From contig NW_024704743.1 of assembly GCF_018977255.1 (NCBI RefSeq), positions 3,722,001-3,786,000 on the forward strand: a DNA stretch of 64,000 nucleotides. The letters run 5' to 3'. This stretch comes from Callorhinchus milii. Its lineage: Eukaryota. Positions 36,051 to 48,833 of the stretch are shown piece after piece. How positions within the stretch are numbered: position 1 is the stretch's first letter; the number at the start of each line of letters is the position of its first letter. The translations under genes and the position numbers were made by a program. A model generated the notes under the pieces. It made no database searches and was not told the DNA's origin. It was given only the letters and a program-made list of their open reading frames with translations.

Positions 36051-37069
36051 ACATTATTTTGCCTTAAAATATAACACCATTTGGAATTGTGAACATGATT
36101 AATTTCTGGGCAATAATGAGAATAATAATCCTAGCATTTGGTACAGAACCTTTGATGCCTAATGGATTTCATTTTTCATTAAGGACTATTTATTTTGCAG
36201 GAAAACGCCAAATCATTTACAGGCTAAGACGAAGGTGGAATTTCGAACTTTAAGCAGTTAATGAAGGAATTGGGAGGTATTGTGTTTAATTAGCCAACGT
36301 GGGGAAAAAAAGTGTCGGTGTGGACTGAGTAATGTTCTGCTCTGTTGACTAAGTTTAGCAAATTTGTTGCCACGCAGTTATAAATAACGAAAGCAATTTG
36401 AATCATAATTAAACACGTTGCGAATGCAAAATTCAATCCTACCAGTAAAATTGCTTTACGTTTCCTCGCAAGTGCACAACAAGAATTCGCTAGACCTGGC
36501 GAATAGAACAGAATAACACTTAGCTCACAGCAATGAAGTCCTAACATCAAACAGATAAGGCAAAATAACCATCTGTTTTAGGCCGCACTTTTTTTTAATA
36601 TTTGTTCCCAGTCACTGCAAACAACAAGATCCTTGCCTCTCTCGGGAGCCTGGAGCGCTTGACAATTTCCCTCATTGCCGTAAGAGAATGTGGCTGGAAT
36701 TCCTCAGTTAGTTATAATAATAATTATTATTATGATAGTCCTTTGATTTATTTAATGCCTTAACAAATCATTGAAACACCTGAAACCCCTTCGCATGATA
36801 TAGCGTAAAGTGGATTGGCTGTGTACTTCGTGGGTGAAATGATGTGGCTGGTGACTTAGTTCTTGTCTGCCTCATGATTCGGGATGGCGAGTCCGTCCAC
36901 CCTCCCTTTCCACCACTTCAAAGAGTTTTCTTTCTCTTAGCTTTTATGGTTATCCTGCCTGGAATCCAAATTCACCCTCTGATATTTCAAATTAATTGAC
37001 AACTCATCTCGCTGCCGTTTGTAGGACTTTTTAAGGAGTGCGGAAAAAAAAGAATCCTTGCACGGAAAT

Positions 37070-37513
37070 AGTAATAATTCCAACATTTGATGCAGCGCCT
37101 TTCATGTCAGGAAGATGTCTCAAAGCGCTGCAAGGGATACACTATAAAGTGCAGTGACTGTGGGGTTTTATAGGCATAGGTTTACAGCCAATTTGCTCAT
37201 AGCAATGTCCCACAAACGGAGCCACGAAATGAATGCCCAACTTTATCTGGGTGTTTGTTGACACCAAGAGAAAATAGGTCCCTTTTTTTGAAACAGTGAC
37301 ATCTTTGACGTCGAATAGGATCTTTAACATCCACTCGGACAGGCAAACGGGACCTCAGTTTAATGTCTCATGCGAAGGACGGCATCTCCAACAATGTAGC
37401 ACTGCCCCCGGCACCGTGTTGGAGTGTCAGCCTGGATTCTGTGAGGTCAAAGTCTTGACGTGGGAGCTTTTAACTCGCAGACAAGTGCGCAACCCGCTGA
37501 GCCAGGCTGACAC
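37070..37513 (-). mobile_element. DeuSINE-like SINE, near full length
   Basis: Head GTGTCAGCCTGGCTCAGCGG, central domain and tail all present in reverse. Confidence 0.85.
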
Positions 37514-37907
37514 CTGAGACTAAAGGCCAGAGTGAATTTCAGGGCTATGGCCAATCAGTGAGTGTACTTTGGCTGCAGTTTAGGTGCAGAAATGATGTTT
37601 AGACCGTTGCCGGTAATGAAAATGCACAGTTAGGTTGTGCTAATATGCACAGGTGACGCTTGAGTGAATGGAGATCGCGGCTAATTCAGTGGGTGTAATT
37701 ATCCTGAGATTTCCTGTTCTGGGGTTGAACCTATAGGACACTGCGGACTGTGAAATAGGAATGGGTTTAGACTCAAATCGTACAACCTGTGATTGTGTCG
37801 CTGACCAGAAAAAGGCACCATCTGTGGTTTGATTCTCTGCTGTGCGCAAGTGATTTTCATGATCTGACTGTTTCAAATATCCACTAGACGATTCTTCCCT
37901 ACTTTGG

Positions 37908-37939
<32 letters not shown>

Positions 37940-38594
37940 CCTTGCATTTGATATAGCGCCTTATCACGTCTTCGAGATGTCTCAAAGCGCTTCACGGAAT
38001 ACACTGTAAAGTGGTAATTGACTGTATATATTTTGTGGGCAGAAGGCAGCAGTAAATTGCGCACAGCCGTGGTGTAAACCCACAAACAGCCGTGGATTGA
38101 AGTGACCAATTTATTATTATTGTAATGAAACGTTTCCGTGACTCCCAAAGTTCATGCAGACTTCCAGAAATTCTCTACGCTGTATTGTCTATGAATTGTC
38201 TCCGTAAAATGCCCTGCTGGACATTGCTTCCGTATGTGAGGCAGTGCTGCTGTTTGTTTCTTGTAACAACCCTACGGTGTGAGTGCACCAGCAGACGTGC
38301 CTTCGGGTTCACGTACCCCACAAATGGATTTGATGTTGTGAGTGCTAAAGTGTGTTAAAGTGCCGTTGGAGCCCGTATACCTATTTATTGCAGAGGCTCT
38401 GCTAGGTAATGTGATAGCCTACAAATGCTATACTACCGTTTTTAGTAGATGTTTGTTGACAAGTTTCCACCACGCAATAAGGCACTATATCAAATGTAAG
38501 GATATCAGTCTGAGTCAGAAGGTTGTGGATTCAAGCCCTACATTAATACTTTGAACTCGCAGCCTCGACAGATCCTCCAATGCTATACAACACA

Positions 38595-38805
38595 GTGCAA
38601 AATCACATTTGTGCAGCGCCTTTCACGTCAGGAGGACGTCCGAAGGCACTAGACAGTCAGGGATTTAGGGTCTGGAGCTGGGGGTCTGGATCGGGGAGGG
38701 TGCAGGGCAAGGAGAGGGTAGGAGGGTGGCCGAATGCATGGTCGAAGAGGAGGGTTTTGAGACGCGCCTTGAAGGAGGCAAGGAAGGGAGGGAGCAAGGC
38801 AATTA
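38595..38805 (-). mobile_element. L2 LINE 3' end
   Basis: Reverse complement of the 33440-33640 type L2 end. Confidence 0.8.
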
Positions 38806-38809
38806 TCCT

Positions 38810-39466
38810 TCCTCCGCCAACTCCGGTCCCTCACCAGCACAGCTTTCTTCCACCTCCGATGCATCGCCCGTCTCCGCCAATACCTCACTCCAAAAGCCGC
38901 TGACACCCTGGTCCAGGCCTTTGTCACCTCTCAGCTGGACTGCTCCTCCACTACCATCCATAAAATCCAACTCATTCAGAACTCTGCCGCCCGCATTCTC
39001 ACCCGCACCAAACTCCGCTCCCCGATCATCCTAGTCCTGGCCATACTGCACTGGATGCCTATCCCAGAGAGGATCGACTTCAAGATCCTCACCCTTGTCT
39101 TCTAATCCCTCCACTCCTCTGCAACCCCCGCCCTTTCTGACCTCCTCTCTCCTCAAAACAGTACCCGTTGCCTTCGTTCCTCTGGGTCTGGCCTCCTCTT
39201 TGTCCCCCGAATCCTCCGCTTCACCCTCGGCGGCCGTGCCTTCAGTCACTAAGCCCCGAGGCTCTGGAATTCCCTTCCTCACTCCCTTCGCCTCGCCCCC
39301 TCTCTTCCTATTTTTCAGGTCTCTGCTGAAGACCTTTCTTTCTGACCGCGCCTTCGGTCACTTCCTCCTCCCCCACCCCCGGCTCGGCCCTGGTATCCGT
39401 GACTGCGAAGCGCTCTGAGACGCCGTCTGGCATGGAGGGCGCTGTATAAATCCAAGTTGTTGTTGA
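38810..39466 (+). mobile_element. L2 LINE 3' fragment with ORF2 C-terminal remnant
   Basis: FFHLRCIARLRQYL..AADTLVQAFVTSQLDC...IQNSAARILTRTK...LHWMPIPERIDFKILTLVF; tail ...aaatccaagttgttgttg. Confidence 0.9.
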
Positions 39467-40247
39467 TGAACGTGGGATCGAATTCCACAGGGTGGGGGCA
39501 GAAAGGCTGATGGTGGAATGGGCTGGGAGGGGATGGGGAGCAGACAGTCAATGTCGGAGCTAGCACTGAATTTTTGCAAGTACCATTCTTTGGAATGGAC
39601 ATGAAACCAAGGTCCGATCTGCCTTTTTGATGGATGTTAAAAATCCCAATGAACTACTTGAAACTACTTGGTTGGTTGTGGGATACTGGTTAACGTGTTT
39701 GCCTACAAATACATAATCATAACACTTCACAGGAAATCATTTCAGACATTTTGTCAAAACATTCTCCATTTCAAAGACAAAGAAACTTCAGGTTTTCTGG
39801 AGAGTTTTGGGCAGAATTCCTGAGTCTGATCGATTGGCTCAACTCGATAGAGTCAAACTTTAGACTTTCTGGAATTAATCTGTGCAACAAGGTATTAATA
39901 TCCCCAGAAAGAAATACATCTGTATAAAGATTCCCCCTCCCTCCCACACCAATATTTGTTTGCTAATATATATTAACCTTCACAGTCATCAGATGTTAAT
40001 CCTAAGTGCTACATAACAGTAGCTTTCACTCCAAATTTTACCTTTCAAGATATTGCAGCGAAATTAGTTAAATAGAAATGACAGCCATTCTGCAGAAATA
40101 AATTGCTTTTTTTCCTTCATTGAGGTACAGCCAGATCCATATATATGCAATTCTGTGATAAGCAAATTCCTGGCAATCTCCTAATATATTCAAATTGTTC
40201 CCAAGTCTCAATTTGCTCCCTTCTGTAATGATGTGGTTCGAGTCCTG

Positions 40248-40540
40248 AACATAAGAACATTAGAATTGCGAGAAGAAAGATCCATCCGGTTCGACTTTCA
40301 CCGTCCTGGCAGTCACTTGCACGCGTCACATCCCAAAATATATACTGTATCCCAAGATATTATTTCCTAAACTAAATCCATCTAATTTGCTTTTGAAGGA
40401 ATTGACACTTTCTGCTTGTGCCATCTCCCTCGGTAGCTTGGACCACACGTTTACTACTCGGTCACTGAAAAAGCGTTGTCTCAGATTTGTTTCGAAATTT
40501 ACTCTCCCCCTTCAATCACAGGCTGTGTCCTCTGGTACTA
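40248..40540 (-). mobile_element. CR1 LINE 3' fragment
   Basis: aacataagaacattagaa terminal repeats; reverse strand RFFSDRVVNVWSKLP. Confidence 0.75.
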
Positions 40541-42397
40541 CTGTTCTACTGAACGGAAGGAAGCTGGTACTGCTCTACTTTACTGTTCAACATCATGTTG
40601 AGACAGGAAAGGCCAATAGCAAAGCGAGAGCAGTTTCTGATGCTTTACTCCATGAGTGAGCTAACTGTCGAACCAAGTGACATCCAACATGGGGAGTGGC
40701 GGGGGGGAGGATAAGGGTTCAATATTCAGCTGAGCATTAGGAGCATAAGGTGTGATTGAAATATAGCACAGTCATATTCTGTGGTCATCTGAATACACCA
40801 ACTTGGATTTACACAGTGACTTTCAGACAGGCCTCTTTTCAAATCGTGCCATCGGATCTTTAACGTCTACCTGAACGGGTAGGACGGGACCTCGGTTTAA
40901 CATCTTATCCGAAGCACAGCTCCTCCAACAATGCAGCTCGCCCCCTAGCACTGCACTGGAGTGTCCCCCTGAACCGCGAGGTTGAAGCTCACAATGTAGG
41001 GCTGTGTGAGTAGATAACCTCGTGACTCAGAGCTGAGGGAGCCTCGTGCTGGAAAAGGCTGACAAGGAAAGGATGAGAATGGCCGTTTTCTGGTTTTCCC
41101 AGCTTTAAATATATTTGGCCAGAAAAGAAATAGATTGAAGGTATAATCCACGCGCTTGCATTTGAGGTAGCGCCCTATCCCGTCATTGAGACGTCTCAAA
41201 GCGCTTCACAGAATATATTGGTAAAGTGGATTGTAAAGTGTGTATTTTTGTGGGCGAAACGCAGCAGCCAATTACGCACAGCAGCGTCCCCGCAAACGGT
41301 CGTGGATTGAGCGGACAAATGTACATGGATACATTTTGTTTTTACAACTGGTGCTTTTTAATTTGCAACAACAACAACAACAAGATTGCATTTATAGAGC
41401 GCCTTTCACGTCGGGAGGAGGTCCCAAGGCGCTGGACAGTTGGGTCGGGACCCGAGCAGGGGGGAAATGGTCAGGGTGAGGGGAGGGAAGGGAGATAGCG
41501 AGGAGGGGGTAGAGAGTCGAGAGGGCTCAATAGTATTGAGTCGGTGTGAACTGGGCTTGTTCTCTACGTAGGCGATTTTAGAGTTATACAACGCAATGCT
41601 GGAGGTTGAGCACATTTCAATGACACAGCATTTGCAGGAGCTTGCGGCTAAAAATAGCAAACACTCCGCTCGTCTCTATAATGGGATCTTTCGTTATGAA
41701 GCTTCGGCGGTAAAAATGGCTCTGAACGATAAGACCATGTTGGACCCAAATGAGACATTTGAGATATATATTAAAAAGAAGAACAGGCCAGAATGATGGA
41801 GGACTGAGAGAGAAGCAGAAGCTGTCTGGAAATGCCTCAATCAGCAACTGCAAGAGAAAAGGAGCTTAGTGTGGCCCTCGTAAGAATATTCTCCTCAGAG
41901 CTCTGATATTGCACATAGTCTTAGATTATACACGTGATTGAGAAGGGAATAGAAGGGTACCGGAGGGAGTAAGGAATGGGTGAAGGCTTGTGTGGAATAT
42001 ATGTACGGACTAGTTGGACTCAATGGCTTTTTTCCATGCTGTACAATACGTGTAAATCTTAATAATAATAATCATAATCCTTGCATTTGATATCGCATGT
42101 CTCTGAGATATGTTACAATACAATTTACATTTAAGTTTCATGTAAGAAGAATGTTTAAAAATGTTTTGCGATGTTACAAGGGGGTTGAGATCCAGGGGGG
42201 AGAGGGGTGGGGTGGGGTAAATGATGACAGAAAACCCGGTCGGAGAGGTTTACAGACCATTGATTCAAATTCAAGATCGTAAAGGTTTTTGTGTAAAATT
42301 CTCAATTCACAATGATTCTTAAGAACTGTAGAAAATTGGCTTCTAAATTTAAATTGTATTTCAGAATTTTAAATGTATACACCTGAAAAGGTCCTTT

Positions 42398-42714
42398 TTA
42401 GGGGTTAGCCGTGCGTCTGACGTGCGGAACCCCATTACAATGATTAAGAGTATCCAAACAAGACCGAGAGAAAGAGAGCTCCGCATTTGTATGCCACCCA
42501 GACATGTCAATGCCCCTGTTAAACTCCAGCAGTAACCCAACACACTGAGGTCCCCAAATCTTGGTTCTTGCCAACCAACCTGCATCCCTCCAGGGAGAGA
42601 GTATGCATTTCATTCCAGGGTATTTTCTCTCTGCGTGCGGCATACGTATGTGGAACCCACAATCTGGTTTCGATGTTCTTAAGCTTGGTAATTTGTTTCC
42701 GCATGTCTCAGACA
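42398..42714. mobile_element. Two inverted SINE-like family C fragments, tails outward
   Basis: 42398-42505 matches the family 3' end on the minus strand; 42520-42714 matches it on the plus strand. Confidence 0.65.
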
Positions 42715-43384
42715 CAACATCAACAACAACATCAAATTACATTTGTGTAGCGTCTTTTGTGTAAGGACGTCCCAAGGCGCTGAAAAAAATAATAAATTGG
42801 TCACTTCATTCCACGACTGTTTGCGGGGACGCTGCTGTGAGCAATTGGCTGCCGCGTTTCGCCCACAAAATACACAGTCAATTCACTCTACAGTATGTTC
42901 TGTGAAGCGCTTTGAGACGTCTCGAAGACGTGATAAGGGGTTATATCAAATGCAAGGATTTTTATTATTATTGTCCTGACATCGAGTGGCTTAATTTGAG
43001 CCGGAATTTTTTTTTTGCACCGTTTTTTCATGCTTGGAGTCTAAGTTTTACATTTAGGGGAAAATTCTTCACGAACCTGGTGCACAGAGGGCAGTTGTCA
43101 TAGCCAGCATTGAGATGATAAATATCTGTACAGAAAAGTTATGGAAAGCTTCATGACTAAGGGCATTCATCATCATGTCTCACCACCAGGCCTGGTGAAT
43201 CACATTGTGCTTTTGGCATATCTCCAGAATTTAAAGGCAGAGGGAGATTATTGTCATTGTGAAGAGAGAAATAGCTCATTGTCGTAGGCAAATAATGCAC
43301 TTGTGTTTTCATGACTCAAAGTGATGTTTTGTTTCAGTGCGCCCAGTGCTTTGTGTCATGTACGTGTAAACAGATGGAACTCAT

Positions 43385-43460
43385 CAGTTCTGACAAAAGG
43401 TTATCGACCCGAGACTCGAACTCAAGTCTCCTCTCTCCATAGATGCTGCCTGACCTGCTG
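43385..43460 (+). mobile_element. Penelope-like terminal fragment with degenerate hammerhead motif
   Basis: CAGTT CTGACAA AAGGTTATCGACCC GAGAC...tctctccatagatgctgcctgacctgctg. Confidence 0.7.
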
Positions 43461-43680
43461 CAAGCGAGAGACCTGGGTTCGATTCCCGGGCAGGGCGAAA
43501 CCTTGGGCAAGTTTCCTTACTCCACACGCTTGATAATAATCCCTCAAGAAAAAAAAACCCAATAATAAATCGGTCACTTCAATCCATGACTGTTTGTGGG
43601 ACACTGCTGTGTGCAATTGGCTGCCGCAAATATACAGTCAATTCACTTTGCAGTATATTCTGTGAAGCTCTTTGACACTG
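43461..43680 (+). mobile_element. tRNA-headed SINE lacking the 5' half of its head
   Basis: Begins in the anticodon loop (caagcgagagacctgggttcgattccc) and continues through the body. Confidence 0.85.
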
Positions 43681-45554
43681 TGTGCAACTGGGCTGCCGAA
43701 TTTGCCTATAAATTCAGTAAATCCTGTGAAGTGATTTGGGTCGTCCTACCCATGTGAAAGGCGCTCTACCAAATGCAAGGATAATTATTATATTAATAGG
43801 CAAATATGGCAACCAATTTGCACACAACAATGTCCCACATTCAGCCATGAAGTGAACAACCTATTTTTTTTTGTCTGTGGAGATTGCTGACCAGGAAACC
43901 AGGATAAACTCCCTTCTTCATTAACGTTATTAAAATATTCTATGCTTCCTGAAGTTGCTCATAAATTAGCACGAATAGAATCCCCAATTTCCCCGCTATA
44001 TTAATAATTGTCAAAGGCAGCCGTAGCACTGAGCTGCTTTTCAGGGGAATCCAATATGTTTCGAATGAACAGGCGGCATGTTAAATTTGCAACTGGTTCA
44101 CACTTGTTGATTCATCCCTTCAGGGCAGTACAAAAATTTGGTGTGAGTGGTGATATGTCTGATGGTGTGAACGAGGCCTGGAAGTGGTGTAAGTGTTACT
44201 GTCAGTCTGTTGAGATTTGTGGACTCTGGTAAGCATAAATAGTTAGAGGGCTCGCCTTGCAAGCGAGAGGACCCAGGTTCAATTCCTGGTCAGGGAGAAA
44301 ACTTAGGCACTTTTCCTTACTCCACACTTTCACATTCAAGCTGAACAAGCCTTGGTTTCCCATCCCATCGAACACACCGCACCTCCAACAGTGCCTCATG
44401 CCTCTGTATTAGTGTCAGCCTGGACTATATGAGCTCACAGTCCCAACACGGGGCTTGAACCCACAACCTTCTGACTCACAGGCAAGAGTTGTTACCAACT
44501 GAGCCTATTAATTCGGTATAAGGTAGCTCAGCATTTCCTAAAAACATATAGATAAATTCCTCTGAGTTCAGACAGTGCTGCTCCTTGTCTAGTTTTTATT
44601 TTGATTACCCTTTTCAGACGGAAAAAAAACCCCTAGATATTCCTCATCAAAATGAAAATGAGTCACTTATTTAGTGATCTTATTTGGCAATGCTTTTAGG
44701 TGTCAGAGGGTTAACAAGAAAATTAATTTATCTTCTTAGGAGAAGAAGCAATTAAAGTCCAGGGAACTGCTGTATCATATAATTGAAAATGAGTAACGAT
44801 CAGAATGTATATGGGAAAAAAAATTAGTTTGGTAATTAAGACAGGAAGTTCAGTGGTACAAGGAGGTATAATGCATTTGTCATCCGGAGCTCAATTATAG
44901 TATTAATTTGAGGTACTGGCACCAAGGAAGACATGCAGTGGACACTGAGCTTTGGGGAGAATGAGATAGCCTCTTTCACATCTGCAGCTGCCAGGAAAAA
45001 TGAATTGTGGTTCCCCATAATAGAGAGTCTTCTGCTGAAATCAGGACAGCTGAATTAATGAAATTAAATGCATTGAGAAACCTGAACTAGGCAAAGACCA
45101 GCAATCATATCATGCGTGGGAGGTTATTAATAATTCACAAGAACATTTCCGTAAGCACTCGCCGGGATGCCTCCCGAGAGAAGGGTCAAATCGAATTCTC
45201 GTCCACACGTTAATTTGCGCAATTTTTGACGGATCTTTGACTAAGCTTCGGAAAATGGGATGACAAATCGCGGGTCGTTAACAATTAGGACTCGTGGAAC
45301 ATGTTTAGAATATACTTTGTTTGACAACAAAATAGACTATCATTCAAGCCAAGCCACATTCTCAGAATTGGAAGTGCTTTTTGATTTGTAGAGAACACAT
45401 CGGTCAAATTTTCATATCATTGTGTGTGTTATAAGAGAGAGGCACAAATATCAGGCCTCTTGAGTTTCAATGCAGTACATTGTTAAAGAAAATAGAACCT
45501 AAAAGGAGGGGAGGAGCAAAGATATTAAGGAATTCTGATCCACAAATCTTCCCA

Positions 45555-45970
45555 TCACACAGAGGATACAGTTCAAGATCCTCACCTTCAAAGCCCTCCC
45601 TGGTCTTGCTCCCCTCTACCTCTCCGACCTCCTAACCTCCTACCATCCTGTTCGCTCCCCCTGCTCAGCGGGCTGTGGCCTGCTTTACGTCCCCCGCCTC
45701 CAGCGGGTGGGCCTTCAGCCACTCTGCACCCACCTTCTGGAACTCCATCCCGCAAGTCCCTCCATCTCGCCCCCTCCAGCGCCACCTTCAAGACCCACCT
45801 CAAGACCTTCCTCTTCGATCGTGCTTTCGATCTCCCTGCTTTCCCCCCTGCCCTCTCCCCTCCCCCATCCTGACCCTCAGCTCGGGTCCGTAACTCTGTC
45901 TGTCCAGCGCCTTGGGACGTCCTCCCGACGTGAAAGGTGCTATACAAATGTAATTTTGTTATTGTTGTTT
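45555..45970 (+). mobile_element. L2 LINE 3' fragment
   Basis: RIQFKIL...AFSHSAPTFWNSIP; tail gcgccttgggacgtcctcccgacgtgaaaggtgctatacaaatg, followed by (CAGA)n. Confidence 0.85.
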
Positions 45971-47539
45971 AAAAGACAGACAGACAGACAGACAGACACT
46001 GAAACACTGCAGGATCCGAAAAGATTCATTTCTGTATCTTGTACGTTGTCTACAAGTTCACAAGAGAAGGTCTGATGAAGAAGGTCTGCAAATAAACAGC
46101 CAGAAAAGCTCCGAGACATTCCTTGTGGGTGTTTAGCGCACAAGGAATGTCTTTTCGAATCCTGCAGCGTTTGAGACTTTCCTGCAGTTATCACAGTTGT
46201 AGCATGTATCCATGCAGAAAGGCTCTACACTTCTTAGAATTCCAAAAATTCATCAATTTTGTTCAGAAAAAAACAGTCTGTATAATCTCAGTAATCTTTG
46301 ATGGGCAATAGCCAGATTGTTGATTCGGTGAGAGTTTTCACTCACCCTTTTGTAAATATTTAGGTGTTGCTTTCTCATAAATGATAATAATAATTTACAA
46401 TAGGTTTACAATTCGCTTTACAGTATATTCTGTGAAGCGCTTTGAGACGTCTCGAAGGCACTATGTCAAGTGCAAGGATTATTATCATTAAGCTCCTGAG
46501 GTAGCGAACCTAAGAATTATCACTAGCAGTGTTACTTAAATGACTTAGAAACATTTGTGGGAAAATTGGCTGAGATAATTCTCTATTTAACAAATTGCAT
46601 TTTCTGTTCCTTTCGAGCTCTCCTTAAAGTAGGAAAACACCTGCTACAGCTGCAACTAAACCCTTTCCAGATGAACATAATCCTTTTAAGTATACGATGT
46701 CTGATCGCCCCATTCCACTCTCGCTCAGCCCACTTCGGTCCCAGGAAGCGGCTGATTGCCACATCGTGTGTTCCCTCGAAGCACAGCAGAACAAGCGCTT
46801 TGAAAATTGAGCTAATTAAACTAGAAGATGAAATTGCACTTTGCTGATCACATCGTCCCTGGACACACCTGTCGTTTGAAAGGCTTCTGTAAATATAGCC
46901 CTGGAGATGTATTTGGACAAACAGTGCTTGTGAGCGTTCTAACACACCAATCAAGTTCATTCCCATTGTCGATTAGACAGAGGTTTTCAGGGGGTGTAAT
47001 GTTCCACCACTGGAACACACCAAAGAGTCACAAAGGAAACGCACAGTTATTTTACCCTTGAAGATCGCAAAATCAGTCAGAAATGGGTTTCTACATAGTT
47101 TTGCATTGAAAGCCTGACAACTGTTAATCGTGGGTTCTCGTTTGCAAAGTACTTGTCAATGACTGTCACTCTCCCCACTCCGGTTTGTCTGCATCCCCAA
47201 CTCCCCCCCCCCACCCCCCCAGGGCATTAATGATCCTGGGGATATCAGTGGAAAGGATCTGAAATAGATAATTGGCTATTTCATTCGCTCAGCGCCTGAC
47301 AAGTGGGCAGTCATGCAACAAATGGACAAATCTCCCTTAACACCTCCAGCAAAAATTATAATTACTTTGTTCCATAAATGGAGACCAAATCAGGGGTGAG
47401 AGTGGTGAACGCAATTCCAACCCCATTGCAAGACCACAGTTATTGTGGCTAATTTGCTGAATACTCAAATGTGGTCTAATTCTAAAACTTTGTTTCCTAT
47501 GTGACTGTTTTTTCAAATAAATGATGGTGCCTAAGAGAG

Positions 47540-47757
47540 AGAGCAAGACAGAAAAGATCGCTCTATACCAGGAGAGCAGAGAGTGAGACTGGATCCCTCT
47601 ACAGATGGAGAGCAGAGAGCAAGAATGGATCGTCTACACAAGATAGCTGACGGTCAGAAATGATCCCTCTATACAAGGAGAGCAGAGAGTGCAAAAGAAT
47701 AGCAGAGCAAGAAAGGATACCTCTACACAGGATAGCAAAGAGTTAAGGAGGGTCCCT
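47540..47757. repeat. Degenerate minisatellite, ~36-bp unit, 5-6 copies
   Basis: Recurring gatc(c/g)ctcta(t/c)a..(a)ggagagcagagag at 47556, 47592, 47628, 47662, ~47716. Confidence 0.75.
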
Positions 47758-48451
47758 TTGACGCTTGTCTTGGCAATTGATTGTCAGAGTTGAGGCAATT
47801 CTCTTGCCGGTCTCGGTAGTGGCAGTCAGTTCCTGAGTCAGGCGAGTCCACAATAATGCAACTCACTTCTGATGACAGACTAGCCAGGCTGGCATGTCAG
47901 CTCGAAACGGTGTTCCCACTCAGTTCCTTTTAACCTTGCAAACCAAGTGCCTAATGGGTATTAAGCACTCTGAGATGCTACCCTACGTGGCGGGCGCTAT
48001 ATAAGTGCAAGCTGTTGTTGTAATGGGTAGGGTGGACCTAACAGAACAGATTGCAGGAAGCTGCTGTGGGCAATAAACAAATGCAAACTTTGGGTTCCTC
48101 AAGGCTTGACTATTGCCAACCTGTGCCTAATACTCCCCAGAATTAGGTCAGAAAGATGCATCCCTCCAGGGAGAGAATGTGCATTCCATACCAGACACAA
48201 GAACATTTCCATTCATCGATGGCAAACATATGCAGAACTCAGTCTCATTTGGAGGCTCTTAAGCTCAGAAAGCAATAAAACCTCGAGGTAAATGTGAGCT
48301 GATTAGTTTCCAAATTGGTTAATGAAAAAAAAACCTCAACTTCCATGTTGAAGCAAAGGTAGTATTTTAGTACTTTGCTCATTGCTCGTCTTGAAGCAAG
48401 TCTGAGTCTCTTAACATTGATTTATATGATTCATGCTTACATAAGAGTGAT

Positions 48452-48833
48452 ACAGTTTAACATTGGTGTAGGGAACAGTCTGACATTGGTGGTAGGGAAC
48501 AATCTGACATTGGTGGTAGGGAACAGTCTGACATTGGTGGTAGGGAAAATTCTAGAATCCTTAATTAGGGACGTCGTAGTGGGGTACTTAGAAGACCATA
48601 ACATGATTAGGCAGAGTCAACATGGCTTTACAAAAGGGAAATCATGTCTAACAAATCTTTTAGAGTTTTTTGAGGATGTAACTAGGAGGTTAGATAGGGG
48701 GGAACCAGTAGATGTAGTATATTTAGATTTTCAGAAGGCATTCGACAAGGTGCCACATAAAAGGCTGCGAGGCAGGCTCGAGGGGCCGAATGGCCTACTC
48801 CTGCTCCTAATTCCTATGTTTCTATGTTCCTAT
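48452..48833 (+). mobile_element. Internally deleted CR1: 24-bp tandem array + RT fragment + 3' terminus
   Basis: VVGKILESLIRD...QHGFTKGKSCLTNLLEFFE...VDVVYLDFQKAFDKVPHKRL joined directly to gcaggctcgaggggccgaatggcctactcctgctcc and (ctatgtt)n. Confidence 0.92.

Noticed and set aside
41596..41885. ORF followed by a spectrin-like WKCLNQQLQEKR peptide
   Set aside because: Separated by an in-frame stop with no acceptor; likely chance.
46072..46110. CTGATGA...GAAA hammerhead candidate
   Set aside because: Stem II pairing is poor and no stem I/III could be built.
47540..47757. CRISPR-like array
   Set aside because: Eukaryotic context, degenerate units, no unique spacers, no cas genes.
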